Positions 25,801 through 40,800 of a DNA stretch of 64,000 nucleotides are shown piece by piece (position 1 is the first letter of the stretch; each line of letters starts with the position of its first letter). Source of the stretch: Lingula anatina (Eukaryota > Animalia > Brachiopoda); the NCBI GenBank assembly GCA_051362555.1, contig CM120647.1, positions 20,250,651 to 20,314,650 on the forward strand. The letters are read 5' to 3'. A model generated the notes under the pieces. The model had not been told where the DNA came from and made no database searches. It worked only from the letters and a program-made list of their open reading frames with translations. The position numbers were made by a program, and so were the translations under genes.

Positions 25801-28800
25801 AATTAAAGTTACATCTGTTAAAATACTACACCATGGCTCCAAGCCACTAAGCCTTGAGGCGGCAGGATAACGGCTGTCCCTGGAGGGGCCATAAGGCATG
25901 CTCCATTACCTGCTGTATGTTCTGATAGGGAAAATGAGAGAAGCATACAGGGAAAAGTGGGAAAATGGTTACAAATGGTTCACAGACCATTGTGTCCAGG
26001 ATATACCCTTTAAGCCCATCCAGAATAGAAGATCCAAAGATCTGATCCATGGATCCAATATTGCGGACCCCACATGAAAGAAGAGCTGACTACTCAGTGC
26101 TGGGAAGAAGCCTGTTAATTTATCTCTTAATCTAATTGCATTCAGCAAGAGTCCCCACAGAGATGGATCAATCTACATAGAAGGATAGAGTCATTGAGAA
26201 TGAGCCCTAAGAGGAACAACTCTTACTCATTATAACCTAAACTGACATAACTATATTCTACCTCAGTATCAGTATTAATCTCACATGGTAGGGTGCTTAT
26301 TTCAGAATAGCATACTAAGGGCTTCCAACAGTGCCACAGACACCTTGGATTTCTACAACATGTAATAGAATATCTCCTCTCTACGCTTCAGCTAATTTCA
26401 AAAACCACACCATAACACGATAAGCAGAACACAATAATTCTTCTCTCATTAAGGCTTGAGATCTAACTTAAGTTATGAATTCTACTTAATTCCCGATGAG
26501 TTACCGTGACAGCCGAAGAAAGCAGACAGGATGTCCCATTTCTGACCTAATACTGCCTTTGTACTGTGATAAATTAATTTCCCTGCGATAAATTCCACTG
26601 AATACAACATTCTCTATTTATCAGACTTCGTATCAGTTTTACAGGTATCCTGCAACAAGCCCAATTATTTGGTATTTGTTCCTCAATGCTCAGTGACATT
26701 ATCTCCTGTGGACACATTTGTGAACTGAGTAGAGGTCTGAGGGAAATGAAGCATGGAAGAAATGAATGTGACATCACTTTGCCAGTCCTAGGAGGAGAGT
26801 TTGACCAGGTAGAAGATCTGAGAGTGAATCACTGAAGTAGGTGACAATGAAAGGAACGATATGGGATAAAATGTGATGCCATGGGACTGGATAGGATGGG
26901 ATGAAATGGAATGGGATGGGATGGAATGGAATAGGATTGCCATGGAATGGGATGGGATAGGATGGGATGAGATGGGATGGAATGGAATAAAGATGAGGTG
27001 GGATGTGATGGAATGGAACAGGATTAAATGTGATGTCATGGGATGGGATGGGATAGGATAAAATGTGATGGGATGGAATGGAATGAAGATGAAATGGGAT
27101 GTGATAGAATGGAATAGGATTGAATGTGATGCCATGGGATGGGATGGGATAGGATAAAATGTGATGGGATGGAATAGGATTGAATGTGATGCCATGGGAT
27201 GGGATGGGATAGGATAAGATGAGACAGGACAGGACAGGATGAGAAGAGACGAAATGGAATGGAATAGAATGACAGACAGATGAACAGATAGACCTTTTTT
27301 ATTGTAAATAAGAACAAAAAAGGAGAAATCAAAACTCCATGACAAGAAAAGAACTGTAAACATCATGTAAATACACAAATAGGATGAGAATTTTTTTCCC
27401 CTCACAGCAATTATCATAACTGTCTGTCAAAATACACCATGATGATAATAATAACCAAAATCAATCATAATTTTCTTCATAAGAACAATAATGATAATGT
27501 TAGTGACATGATAGACATTTGTAGTAAGTACTTGAGGGTCATGTAAGGTAATAAAACACCTCCCCTATAATTACAAAAAACATTTGTCAGTTTCTTTCAT
27601 AGGAACTCACTATTCTATATAAAAAAAAATGTATGTAAGTGTCAAAAAACCTATTTGGATGTTTGTCTGGAACCAAAGTGACCATTAGATTAATGTTCAG
27701 TTATTTCTACAAATGAAGCACTTTCAAATAAAATATAATGTTATAAAAGATACCAAATCATATCTACACTGCACACATAGTTCAGACCACCATGACTCAA
27801 CATGCCATCACAGGTTTTTAAAATCCCAGTGATTAAAGGGATAATAACTCTTCGTTGTGGCCAAAAAATGATTTTTCCTGGAGTAAACAACAATTTTCCC
27901 ATACTTACCGATGGTTAATGAATCCATTTTTACATTCAAAGTTAGTCCCTTTTTTTTTTCTAAAAATTTTGTTTTTTTGTTATAATCTCTTAAAGAGATT
28001 ATAACAGAGTATAGCCCTCAATGGAGGTAATGTGGTCTAAAGACAAGCTCAGATATCAGAATAATAGCTATAACTTCCATTTTTGTGGTTAAACAGAATG
28101 ACATTATATTTCTATGAGTGGTTCACAATCTTTTTATTGTGAAATACAGATCTCATACTAAGAGTTATTATCCCTTTAATAAAAACAGCTGGGCAAGTTG
28201 TCAGCTTGGTCTGCTGCATCTCCACCCTTCACCCTACGTGTCCCTTGACACCTCGGACAATCATTGTCAGAAAATGACTGTCAGAAACTTTCTTAACATC
28301 AAGTGAGAACTATGATAATCACGGGATAATCCCTCAAGAAAGATGTCATATATGTGAATGGTGACTGAGATAGTGAGCAATTTCAATACAAACAGCACCT
28401 GGTTCTCCCCTGCATCTCCACCCTTCATCCTACATGTCCCGTGCACCCTCTGACACTTTGACAAGAACTTTCTAATGGTGACAATGAGTGCTAAGATAAT
28501 CAAGGAGCATCCCTTGAGAAAGATATCATATGTGGATGGTGACTGATAAAGTGAGCAATTTCAATGCAAACAGTATCTGGTTCCCCTCTTCCCCTCCGCC
28601 TAAAAAAAAAAAGAAAAAGAAAAAAAGAAAAAAAAAGTTATGCTGATCTTGCTGTGAGTACAAGAAAAAGACAGAAAGGAAAATTCAAGACAGGTACTTT
28701 CTAACAATGGCAACGGGTGCTAAGATTATCATCGGGCATCCCTAGAGAAAGATACCATGTGAATCGCGGCTGATATAGTGCGCAATTCAATTATAAAATC

Positions 28801-31800
28801 AGTCTATTTTTTCCCTTTAAAGTAAAATTACACTGACCTTGCTGTGAGTACAAGAGAAAAACACAGGCAGGAAAATTCAAGTCAGGAACTTTCCAACATT
28901 GAAGAGTGCTAAGATAATTAAAGAGCGTCTCTAGAGAAAGGTACCATCACTGACATAGTGAACAATTCCATCAGAAATAAAACTCTTTTTTTGTTCAAGG
29001 GAAATTGGTAAAAGCAGTGTACGGTGACCATGTTGTAAGTGAATGAAATAACAGAGACAGAAACTACTGGATAACATTAGCATGAACCACTGATAAAAAA
29101 GGCACATGGATCAATTTTAATTAAAATAGCCTTGGTTTCTTTAAAGGCAATAAATAATTGCCGACTTTATCCTTCAAGGAAACTATATGACAGTGGCAAG
29201 AAAATTCAAAAGCGGCCCATTACGGTTGATGATTTCAAGCTCATGAAAAAAAGCTAGTATAATTTTGATTCTTTCTAGTGCTGTGTAAAAACTAAAACTT
29301 GCTATTTAGATAGCATCAATTCTTCCCAATAAATATTTACTGAGCACACATTATAACAAAATCATAAATTATAGACAGGGCAACTAAAGAAGCATAAATT
29401 TTGATTCAGAAAAATGATTTCAACTCTTGAAAAAAAAGCAGCATTCTCACTGTTAGTATCAACTCCATCACTTCCTCTGTATTTCAATACAGACAACCTT
29501 ATTTTTTTCCCCTATGAAAGGCAGGACTCCTATAACATGATTTACCTGCACGCCATTGAGATAACAGAAAGACCTTGGCGGTTCAGTCCAAGCAATGACA
29601 ATAAGAACTAATGATTACAAGTCTTCCCTTGAGATCAAGTAGCATGCTGGCATGGTCGACTAATTGCATGCTTTTTTGGCATTCACGTCACAAGCAGTCT
29701 TTTTTTTCTGCGAAAAAAGGCGGACAATACACACGGCAGCAGCGTCTGAGGAGAGAACAGAAAAACCTCAGCAGGTCAATTCAATCTCTGGCTGTTTATA
29801 AGAACTGATGGGTGCACTGAATGCTACAAGCTAAAGGAGTTCACAGCATACAAGCTAAAGGAGTTTGGAGTAGAAAGCATCATTCCTTATAGAAGAAAAT
29901 AAATATGAAGATGCAGGTACATGCAAAAAAACAGTAAGAAGGGGTGAAAATTATAAACCATTACTTTAGACCAATTAAGGTAATATATGTTTTAACTGTC
30001 TAAAATATATAAGTTTGAGTGTTTTAATTTACATTTAATCTTTTCAGAACGGATTACTTTAAAAAAAAAATTAAATGCTTGTTTTACATTACAAAATAAA
30101 CTACCTTGGAAAGGCAATTTAATCACTGTTAACAAAGTCTAAATAATTGGCAATAAAACTTGGGAGAACTGTAATTATCTCCGTGTATATGGGTGGACTT
30201 GTAGTATAAATATATGTCAGTAATGGACTGGGGTGAAATTGGACATCCCTTGCAGCTAGATTCTGATCAACCCATGACAATAAGGACTAATGAGTATGAA
30301 TGATCCCAAGAGAAAAAAATCACTTTGATAGTAAGACTGTATGCAGTCTTTTGCCGTAATACAAAAATGCAACTGGATTGGTCTGGTTTCTTTTATCAAC
30401 AATTTTAAGAGTCCTTTCCAACCATTTCTTGATAATACTCCAAAGATTCTCACTTTAAAAATATTTTCCCTTCAATTAAGCAAAGTGGAATACAATTAAT
30501 TAATCTTTGTACGTATTTATTTAATTTATTTGGGGGGATTAAAAATGCACACTTTTGGAAGACTATCTTTAAAAACTGTTTTTTTTTTCTTTTAAATCAA
30601 TACATATATTAAGCAACAGACAATGAGAGATAATGACAGCAAGTTTTCAAACCTCCATATATGTAAGAACTAAACATGATTCAATACTACAAGTTTCACA
30701 ACTGTGACAAAATTGACTTAAACCACTCGAGAATTTAGCCTGATCAGATTCACTCTCTTAAGTGATTTTCAACGAATTCAAAAGTAGCTAAAAGGAATTT
30801 AAACAAAATTTTCTCCTTGCTGATACAAATTAATGGAGAACTCTAAAGTTTTTAATGTGCGCAGCTGAAAAAAAACAAAAACATGAGACAACTAATCATG
30901 ATTAAGCTTAATAAAACGAATGACAGCAGACTGGTGAAGCATATAATAGATTTTAGTAAGGTGATGATGTAGACTTTCAGTGGATCTATTAACATGTTAG
31001 TGCAAACATAGTTCAACGATGATCTCTATCACATTACTGTCTCTAGAGCTCCATCATTTCACTGGACTGCAAGAACCTAAGTACAATGTTAATATCCATC
31101 CATTCATCCAATGACAATCAAACCTCCAGTCGATAAGGAATTTTAAGTCGCATTTACAGTCATGCTGAGCATACCTATCTCTATACTACTCATCTTAGCA
31201 GGTGGTCTTGGTATTATCCATGGCCGGGTTCCCATAAACCTATCATACTAGCAGCATTGTTCTAACTCTGAGGGGATTCTTGCTAAATTGCATATAGATT
31301 AAGCGGCCTAAATGTCTGTCACGTCTACTAAAGCTGCAAGGGGGCAGACTAGTTAGTCCCCTATTCTGAATTGGTCCTAAGGCCGCATTCACAACACTGG
31401 ACTAACTAGTCCGCGGATCAAATATGGCCGCTCCACTTGATTGCTTGTTGCATAATCCCCATGGGGGATCTATTCAGCGTATATAAGGGGATTAGGCAGA
31501 ATTGTTTTTTAATGGGTTGGCCATATTTGATCCGTGGATCTGTTAGTCCATGGTTCAACTTTTTCTGAAAGCCCCCTAAGATCAGTCCAGCCAAATTGTT
31601 TAGAAACGGGCCTAGATTGAACTAGGCATTTTACTCTTAGGATATAAGGAATAAAAAATTGTTACTGCAGCTATTAGCTTTGTAAATAAGGTGTTGTAGG
31701 CTCTTACACTGGCAATATAATCAAACCCTAAGATGGGTCATCTCTAATTGTCTGGAAACACACCTTAGGCGATGTATGCATTGTACTTTTAAGGCAATGA

Positions 31801-34800
31801 GAATTTGACGGACTTCTGTTCCATTTCAGTTAACATGGTAAAAATACCTATACTGAAGGCAGAGAGAAAAGGGAGAGAGCACACAGCTTTCTGTTAGACG
31901 GGACTATAAGGTAAATTTTGGAGATGCCTACATTTTATCTTTCAAGTTTTAAGTTTAATGCAAGATTAAACTCATCAATTGTATATATCTGACACAGAGG
32001 ATACAGCAGTAGATTATTGGAGATGCCTATATAATGCATATGTAATACCTATATTATCGATCATTTGTACGACAGAAAACGCAACAGAGTGTTACATTAA
32101 CACATCTCATTTTTCAATATATTTAATGAGAAGATCATGGAGATTATCTATTGAGGTAATACATTCAGACAAATATTTCAAAATTATCAATTCCTGGACT
32201 CGTCGTATTTGCCAGAAGAGGGTTAGTATGGCAATGACGTCAAAACTCAGGTGAGTAATTAGGTCAACCATCCCTGACCAGGTGAGGCACTCATTACGAG
32301 GATACAACATTGTTGAAGTCATCGTAATAATCATTGTACGTCACAAATTAGAGTGAAAATTACATGTAATATATATATATATTAGGTAGGAAGAAAAAGA
32401 GAGAGAAAGGAAAAACATAATTTAGTCAGGTTAAAAGATGAGGGGTACATTTAAGGATATTGTGATTTTTTTTATGTTCAAAGAAAAAAGGTGTCAAGAA
32501 CTGTAATCCATCATTCTTGTTAACAAAAGGAGAGAAGAACTTTTGGCATAAATAGAGGGTCACAGAGAACTGAGTGGTTTAGCTTTGAGTAAGGTAGGCG
32601 CCAAGTTTGTTCTTTCATCTTAAAAATAAACAGGAGCCTCTAAACAAGTGAACAGAGTGCAGATATTTCTTTGCTCAAGAAGATAAGTATATTTTTGCAT
32701 AAGATCCTTATCATGTCTAATCGTACCGCTTTCTGTGTTGCTGCAGTTTGAAAGACTGACAACCTTAACATTTCTATTATGTTAGAGAGTAAGTATTGCT
32801 TTAACTTGTGCTCAACATGGACAGTAAACTGGATTAATTTTGACTGGTTCATTGGGGCTTATGAAAGTTACCACCACACATAATTAAATATTAGGTACAG
32901 CCAAACAAATGCAGTACAGAAAACAGTACCACTTGGTGTAAAAAGGGTCCAAGTAAAACTAAGAGGAAGTCAAATTCAGTCAGATATGTAAGCAGATAAA
33001 AAAAAGAGAGAAAATGGAGTGCAATGGCAGTCAATTCTTTATTCAATAATGAGAAAAATTTTGCCAAGAATTGTTCCCCACATTTCCTTTGGGAATTAAA
33101 AGAGAAGGAAACAGTGCTGTACATCAATAAGAGAAAAGGACGCTAAATATCACAGAACTATTCACTTTAAGAAAAAAAAAATGGTTTCAATAATTGCTGT
33201 AAATCTTTACTCAGAGGAATAGAATTGGTAATAAACTATAACTCAGTGACTTTTTCTCTGACAAGAGGGATATAAAAAACAGGTAAAGAAACATCTGATT
33301 GGAGGATAAAAATATAGAAAGAAAAGGGGAAAAGTTATTCAATACCTAGGATGAGAATTATATTTCAAGACTGCAAACAGATCAAGCAAAGCGTAGGCAG
33401 GAGTACGGTAATTTCTAATAAATTTTAATCACTTCAAAGGCTCATATACTTAATGTTTCCAAGATTAACCATCACAGCCAAATGCAACCCCCCCCCAAAA
33501 AAAAGCCCTTACTTAAATGCAGCCTAAGATATTATTTTGCTATAACTTCTGTATTTACTGAATATTTTGATGACAAAAAAAAAAAAAAAAAAAAAAAGGA
33601 AAAACGACAAAAATTTAAGTCTAATTCCATTAGCATCAATTCAGGGATGAGCACTAAAGCTTAGCAAACTTAGATGCCAGCACTGCCTGCGGTCACTGCC
33701 AACTTTCACCCAGAATGACAACCATCCATTACAGTTGGCATGAATTTCCAGTGCAGTATGTACTCATTCACTATCCCAGAGGACGCAGGAATATCGAATT
33801 TCACCAAAAAATGAGACTAATCTGTATTCACGGCTATGTACCGAGCATCCATGTATTGGGCTGTGGACTACTGGTCTGTCTTATCTCACCTTTTTAAACA
33901 ACAAGAGTTTTCAATTTAGAAGATAGAGACCTAATGTCCAGCTCAGTTACAGGTCTATCTGAAGGGTCATTCTAACACAATGGCATCTTTTTTGTCAGTC
34001 TAAAATCAAGTGATTTTATCACTCCGTTTTTAAGCATACTGATTCATATGTACCTAGAAAAAGAGACATCAAAGCCACATCTGATGCAATAAAGTCCCCT
34101 GTGGGTTAAGGTTAAAAGGAAAGTTATTTCATAAATCTTATTAATATTTCAGGATCCATAACTAGGAATCACCAGGTCAATGTTAACAGACAATCCAATC
34201 AACTTTTGGAAAGCCAAAGCCACAGACATCAGGCACATACAGACATTCAAATTAGATTCCAAAGAAAATGTTTACCTGTAAATTCTCAGTGTGTGTGTAC
34301 TACTGACTAAACAGGAATTCACAATTACCAGAATTCATCAGATGCTTTCAGAAAAGGTTGCACTTAAGGTTCACGTAAAAAAAAAAAAATTCTGATCATA
34401 CGTACTCAGTTTTAACAATTCCAACTAGGATTTTTCCACAACCAATCAATTACAGAAAACATTCCCAACAGAATCTTCTTATTACAGTGCCAGAACACAG
34501 AAAAAAATTAGGATGCTATAAAGAAATACTATGACCTGGTAATCACTACAACATCACCAGGGTCATTCCTAGTAATATACTTATAGCTGATTAACACTGT
34601 ACACACCAGTTCACATGCCGCCCCCCCTCCCCCCCTCCCTCCCTCTGGGGCCAGTTTTCCCAGAAAGGATATATCACAGACACAATTACCAGGAAACATG
34701 AACAAGATTTGAGCTCAGATAATCCTGGAAGCACATGTTAATATGTATACATATCCATGTAAATATACATCATCATACATATCAATGCTCCTGAGAAGGA

Positions 34801-37800
34801 ACCTGCTTTGGCTCAAGTGAGGCGAGGCGTCCACCATAGGTGTCATATATGTGAACTGGGTGACCTCAGTCACCTGAATTAATCTCATTACAGGATGATT
34901 CTCGTCTTATTAATAAAAACAGTGCCAAAAACACACACAAACACACACACATGTACTCTAGAGGCTTGATAAGTCTGCATTGAATTCATCTAAAATTCAC
35001 CAAGGGCATGGAAGATAGGTTTTATCTCGAAAAAGCATGTGTGAACTATAAACTTTAAGACGTTCTTTACTTTATTACTGTAACTGTCATTAATTTCAGT
35101 GAAAGGGAAACATCAAAATGAACTGAGAAAAGTTGGATATGAAACTGTGAAAAGCAAGAAAGAGCACATCAGAGTACACCAAGGCACAGAGAAAGGAAGT
35201 TAAATCCAGGAAGTGTGAAACACATGAACCACGAAAAACTTCCATCCTTAAACTTCATTCATTTCAGTGTTAGGGAGGTATCAGCGTGAACTGAGCAAAG
35301 TGATGTGTTAAATGGGCAAAGTGATATATGACAACTGATAAAAAAAAAAAAACAGAGATGGAACCACAGCAATGAGAGCTAATCAAGGAAAAGCATGAAA
35401 CATGCAAACTTAAGAGATGTTCTAGGTATTACTATGAAATATTAAATTAAATAATACCATTGATAGGAAAAGGCAGAGTGAACACAGACAAGAGGCAAAG
35501 AGAGATGTGTTAATCTGTGAAAATTGGTGAAATACATGAACTGTTAATGTTCCATATGCCACTACATTAATTGCAGCATTAGGATTATGTTAGTGTAAAG
35601 TAATTTAACTGATAGACGGACACCAGGCAAAGGCAGTGGATACAGCACAGCACATACAGCAAAAGACTTAATTGTGTTTATCCACGGAAAGTGTGAAATA
35701 CATGAACCGTGGACAAATGTTATCATCCAATATTTTACTTCATTAATTTCAGCATTAGGATAAAATTGGTGAGGACTGAACAAATAGATGTGTTAACTCA
35801 TCAAAATGATATATGAAAACTCTGGAGATTACACTGCCGAATTCACCTCTCTGTATGCGGAGGTTATTCTTATGTAAATCCAGCATATGTCTTCGTGATT
35901 TGGACACAGATCAGTTTGACACCAAACCTCATACAAGGCAGAAAATGATATACTGTACTTATTAAGTGTGTTGGATCACAGGCATATTACATACAGAAGA
36001 AATAAAGTGGAAGCCAACCATTACTGGATCTTCAAAAATGTAACTTCAGGGGGAGGTTTCTGATTCATTTATGGAGTAGAAAAACTAAGTAAACTTGGGC
36101 CTACGCTCAAAAAATAACTTAATATACAAAATTCGACCACTTATGAGAAAACTGTTATTACATTAACTTAGTCTCAATAAGATTACTCAATACAGTGATC
36201 AGTCAACTCCAACATCTCAAGCTGCCAAGGTGGGACAAGGCTCAAATCAGAATCAAAAACAAAATGAACAATTCAAGTTTGGAAATAATGACAACCAGCT
36301 CGCCCACATTGCTGCCATCTAGTGGGGGTCTGGTGACCAACAGGTCACTCCCTGAAACCGTCATCTACGGAATTCTTCTGGGAGTTCTAATAGTGCTGAC
36401 GATCCTTGGAAATGTTATGGTGTTAGCCTCATTTGTGTTGGAAAAACGACTTCGAATTTTGGTGAACTATCCCATAATATCACTGGCGCTTGGCGACCTA
36501 CTTCTTGGACTTCTAGTGTTACCCTTCAGTGCACTGCTCACAGCCACACAACATTTTCCATTTGGTGCAATATGGTGTAATATCTACATCTCTTTCGATG
36601 TCATGCTCTGTAAAGCCTCAATCTGGAATGTCACCGCCATAAGTGTCGACCGCTACATTGCAGTCACATGGCCTTTAAGGTATCGTCAACACATCAGTCA
36701 CAAAAAAGTTTTTGCTGTGTTACTGGCAATTTGGTTTGTGGCAGCCATTACTGCTTTTGTACCCATCTACATGGGCTGGAATACAGCAGATGGATTGGTT
36801 CAGAATCTAGGTCAGGCAGAGGCACCTTCCTGCCATCTGGCGGTTGAAAATTTAGCATACAGCGTGACACTATCTCTCACAGATTTTATCATTCCTTTGA
36901 TCCTGCTTTTGTTCACCTACGTTCAAGTTCTGGTGATAGCGAGGCGTCAAGCGCAATTGATTCAAACGCCCCGGATCGCTTTCAACAGTCACGCAAACGG
37001 ACCAGAGTTGCCAACGCTGAACACGAAAGAGTTACGGGCCACAATAATGCTATCGGCGGTCATAGCAACATTCCTACTGTGTTGGATACTTTACATGGTG
37101 ACCTTCATCATAAAACCTTTCATCCCTCACCTTGACAATGACCTTGACCTGACAGCACTCTGGCTGGGGTACCTGAACTCGACAGCCAACCCCTTTGTGT
37201 ACGCCGTGGCGCATCCCAAATTTCGGAGAACATTCATGAGAATTCTGTGCCCAAAATGGCTCTGTAAATGTGCCAAGCATCAAAGGAATAGCGACTCTCC
37301 CGACTCGAACTTCAATGCACAAAATGCCCGCCTCTGTGGCCCTGAGACCAGCATGATAGATGTCGCCTGCATCTCTTTCCAAAGTTGATATATAAACAAT
37401 ATATGTATGTATTTATCAATATGAACATATTTATCTGATATTGCAACCTCATAGCGAGGCAAAAAAATGTTTACTCATGCTCACAAAACTTGGTCAAGCA
37501 TTCAGAATTGAGGTAATTGTTAGTTATTAGACTAGGGTCATTCCACAGGAAAGTGAACAAATGAGTCTTGTCACTGACACACAAATTTAGTGAAAAATGT
37601 GTACTATGTTCTCTCTTAAACACTATGCTCCCCTCTTCTCCAATTTGGAAAGAAATCAACAGAAATTAAAAAGTGATTTCCAGCTGTTTTGCCAATATTG
37701 CATAAGCAAAATGTGTGTGTCATGGACGTGACTTTAATTTTTATTTTGAATGACTCACCACTTTAAGCTGTGGGACTATTAAAAAAAATTAGGCCAAAAG

Positions 37801-40800
37801 TTGGTACTAACTGTTTGTCTGAAGAGTCTGTTCAGTAAGTAGTCAGACAAATGAAATGGTATTATGTTTTTTTTTTTTTCAGCATCAGCTACCAGAGAAA
37901 TTGCATTACTGTGTCACATAGTTATATACTCAATGATTCTTAGTGCACTTAATTTCTGGTCACACTTCATAGATTACTGCACCCTAATCAATAGCTCAGC
38001 AACTTTCTTAGTAACACACTTATTTTTAAATCCCAACCAATGTTGATGTGAAAAGGCCAGATTGAGTACCTGATAACACTTGGTAAAGATGTTATAAAAA
38101 CAGCCTTCTTATTGAAATAGTATCATAAATAATTTTTTATCACAGCCAAAAGCATTTAAAGTATGATGTAATATTTGGCGAAAATGCACCAAGCTTAGAA
38201 ACTCACAGCAGTGCTTTTGACTTCTCCCAATTCAGTTAATTTAGTTAAAGGCAGAAGAATGTACCATTTCTCCACAAATAGATTTTTTTATACCACTGTC
38301 ACATATAAAATTCTGGTGTAACACAGTTACAATCGATAAAAATGTATTAAAGTATTGAAGCTTACAGCCAAGTTTCTGACTCCTCGCTAGAAGGTACATC
38401 TCACAGGGGTACTGCTTTAATCATTGAAATATGCTGTAATGACTAAATCTTCTCAATTAGGAAAATTATTAATCTTTCAGATACATACATTTAGAATCAT
38501 TAAAAAATATTTCTTTGTCACATTTGTAGTGTTTTTACAGTAAAGATTAGATACCAGCTTTTCAGTTTTGTTTCTATCACTCAATGGAAATGTTGCAGTT
38601 TTAAAGAAATTCAATATATGACCTGAAAAGATACAGTATCTGTAAAATTTCCTTTTTTCAAGACTGAAAAGATCACGTCATTCCGTACATGGCAGAGGAG
38701 AGCACGTCTCTACATCTGTATATTGATAAATTACTGCCATAAAATGTAGCCAGGAGGACCTTAAATCAGGACACTCGTAATGCATGCATCGCTTGTTAAA
38801 TGCAATATATCCTCCCCAGGGAAGCTAGAACATCTAAAATCAGTCTGAACCAGTCTTAAACTGTTAAGCTGTAACTGTTAAGCTGTAATACCTCACTATG
38901 TCATTAGAACAGTATTGCTCAAAAAAAAAAAAAAAAATCACTGAAATACAGAAACTTTCTCTCTACTGGGAGAGATGGACGAATCTCTCTCTTGCATTGG
39001 ACAATAACTTGTGACCAAAAATTATAAATGAAACAGATATGTACAGTAGAAAGCCATTTGATTTGTTTGCTGAATGTCTGAAAATAGATATCAGTGACTG
39101 AAGTCTAGCTTTATGTATTAGTATCTAATGCTAACCAATTTTTCATCCAAACATTTAAGTTTTAAGAGGGAATTATGCCTCTCTCTCTCTATGTAGTGCA
39201 GTGTAATACGGACAGAACATACAATAGTAGTTCTTTAACAATTAAAAGAAGTATAATGTTATTACATGTCATGCAAGCTAAAAAAAAGAGATTAACTCAT
39301 TTTTTACACTTGATATCTCTGTGTCAGTTTTACTGCACCCAAAACTATTCTTTTGTAGTAATAAAAATTTTTGTTCAGCACTGTATCTCTTTTTTCCATA
39401 TTCCATATAGCAGCAACACACTGACTGATAAGCAATTTTCTAATTCTGATCAAAGCATACTGTGAGTGCAATCTTATTAAGTCCATGACCCCCCCCCCCC
39501 CCTCCCCCTGGAATATACACTCACACAAATGTCCCAAAGATGATACAAAAACTTGCCAAGCAGCCAAGTAACATTACCCCAATTTTCCCTACTTGGTAAT
39601 TGGAAAGCTGCTAATTACCCAGGTCCATCAATATCCTGTCAAATACCAGAGAAATTACCATTTGGACATCGTTGAGTTGGGCAATCCTGATTGACGTCAC
39701 CTTTGGCTGGGCTTTTACCTCATTTTTTCTTTTTTTAAATTAAGTACCCAGAAGTTCAAGGTAGGCCAATGTAGGTTATTGCTCCGATTTTATATGGATT
39801 CCTAGACTAATTCTTCAACTAATTTGGGTATAAAAATACCTGTAGCAGTCTTCTCTTTCTCTCTTTTCTGTATTAACCCAATTATCTATTCATTCTTCTC
39901 GACTTATTCTATTAAAACCAAAGACATTAACAATAATTGCAAAATAATGTACTTAATACTTATTCACACCATGTTTCTCTTCACTGTGTGATATTCAATG
40001 CCTCTGACAAGGGAGGTTTTTCTTTAAAAGACCATTCCCACAGATATTTAGATCGATCTATCCTCCTGGGAATCTCACTAGACTGCTGTCAGCTTAACCA
40101 GCTTAAATGTCTGCCCTGCCTACTAAAAGCTGTGAGGGGGTAATTAACTTTTGTGCGAGCACGGCTCCCGGAAGCTGATAGCAATTTAGCGTGAACCCCA
40201 GGGAGTTACGTCGATCCAGATGGATCGATCTAAATCTGTGGGAACCCTGTCTAAAAGTCACAATACTTTAAAAACAGTAGTATAATGAAGCAGAAGTGGC
40301 TTAATATCAGCACTTATTCAGAACAAGTTAATCTGTGGACAAACAGATCTGCAGATCGAATATGGCCAACCCACATAAAAACCGAAACGACTAATCTGCT
40401 TATGGTCTCCTCCCATGTGCCATTAAACGGATTAAATCACAGCTCTGGGGTTAAATTGCCAGACCCCTGCAAGGACGCTGTATGTGGAGGCGGAGAGACC
40501 ATCAGCAGATTAGTCGGTTCTGCTTTAACGTGGGTCGGCCATATTTGATCCATGGATGTGTTAGTCCGCAGATCAACTGGTTCTGAATACTGTCTAACTT
40601 GGGTTAGATAAAGTAAATTCTGGGATGTAAATAGAGAAAAGTACAAAACACCCCCTCCCCCTCAAAAAATTAAACAAAAAAAATTTAAACATAAACAACG
40701 TCTTTGAACAAATATCAGGAAATTCTTAATTCTGAATACACAAATTTACAATGAATTTATAAATACATAGTAGCAATTCACCAAAAGGCTGAGAGTTCCA

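Noticed and set aside
26788-27417. 209-aa ORF rich in IPSHP
   Set aside because: Translation of the GGATG/GGAAT pentamer repeat.
27978-28006. AT-rich palindrome TGTTATAATCTCTT-A-AAGAGATTATAACA
   Set aside because: Short, isolated and intronic, with no further support for a function.
36195-36263. N-terminal extension of the GPCR ORF
   Set aside because: It begins at GTG. The ATG at 36264 has good context (AAAATG) and gives a typical glycosylated N-terminus.
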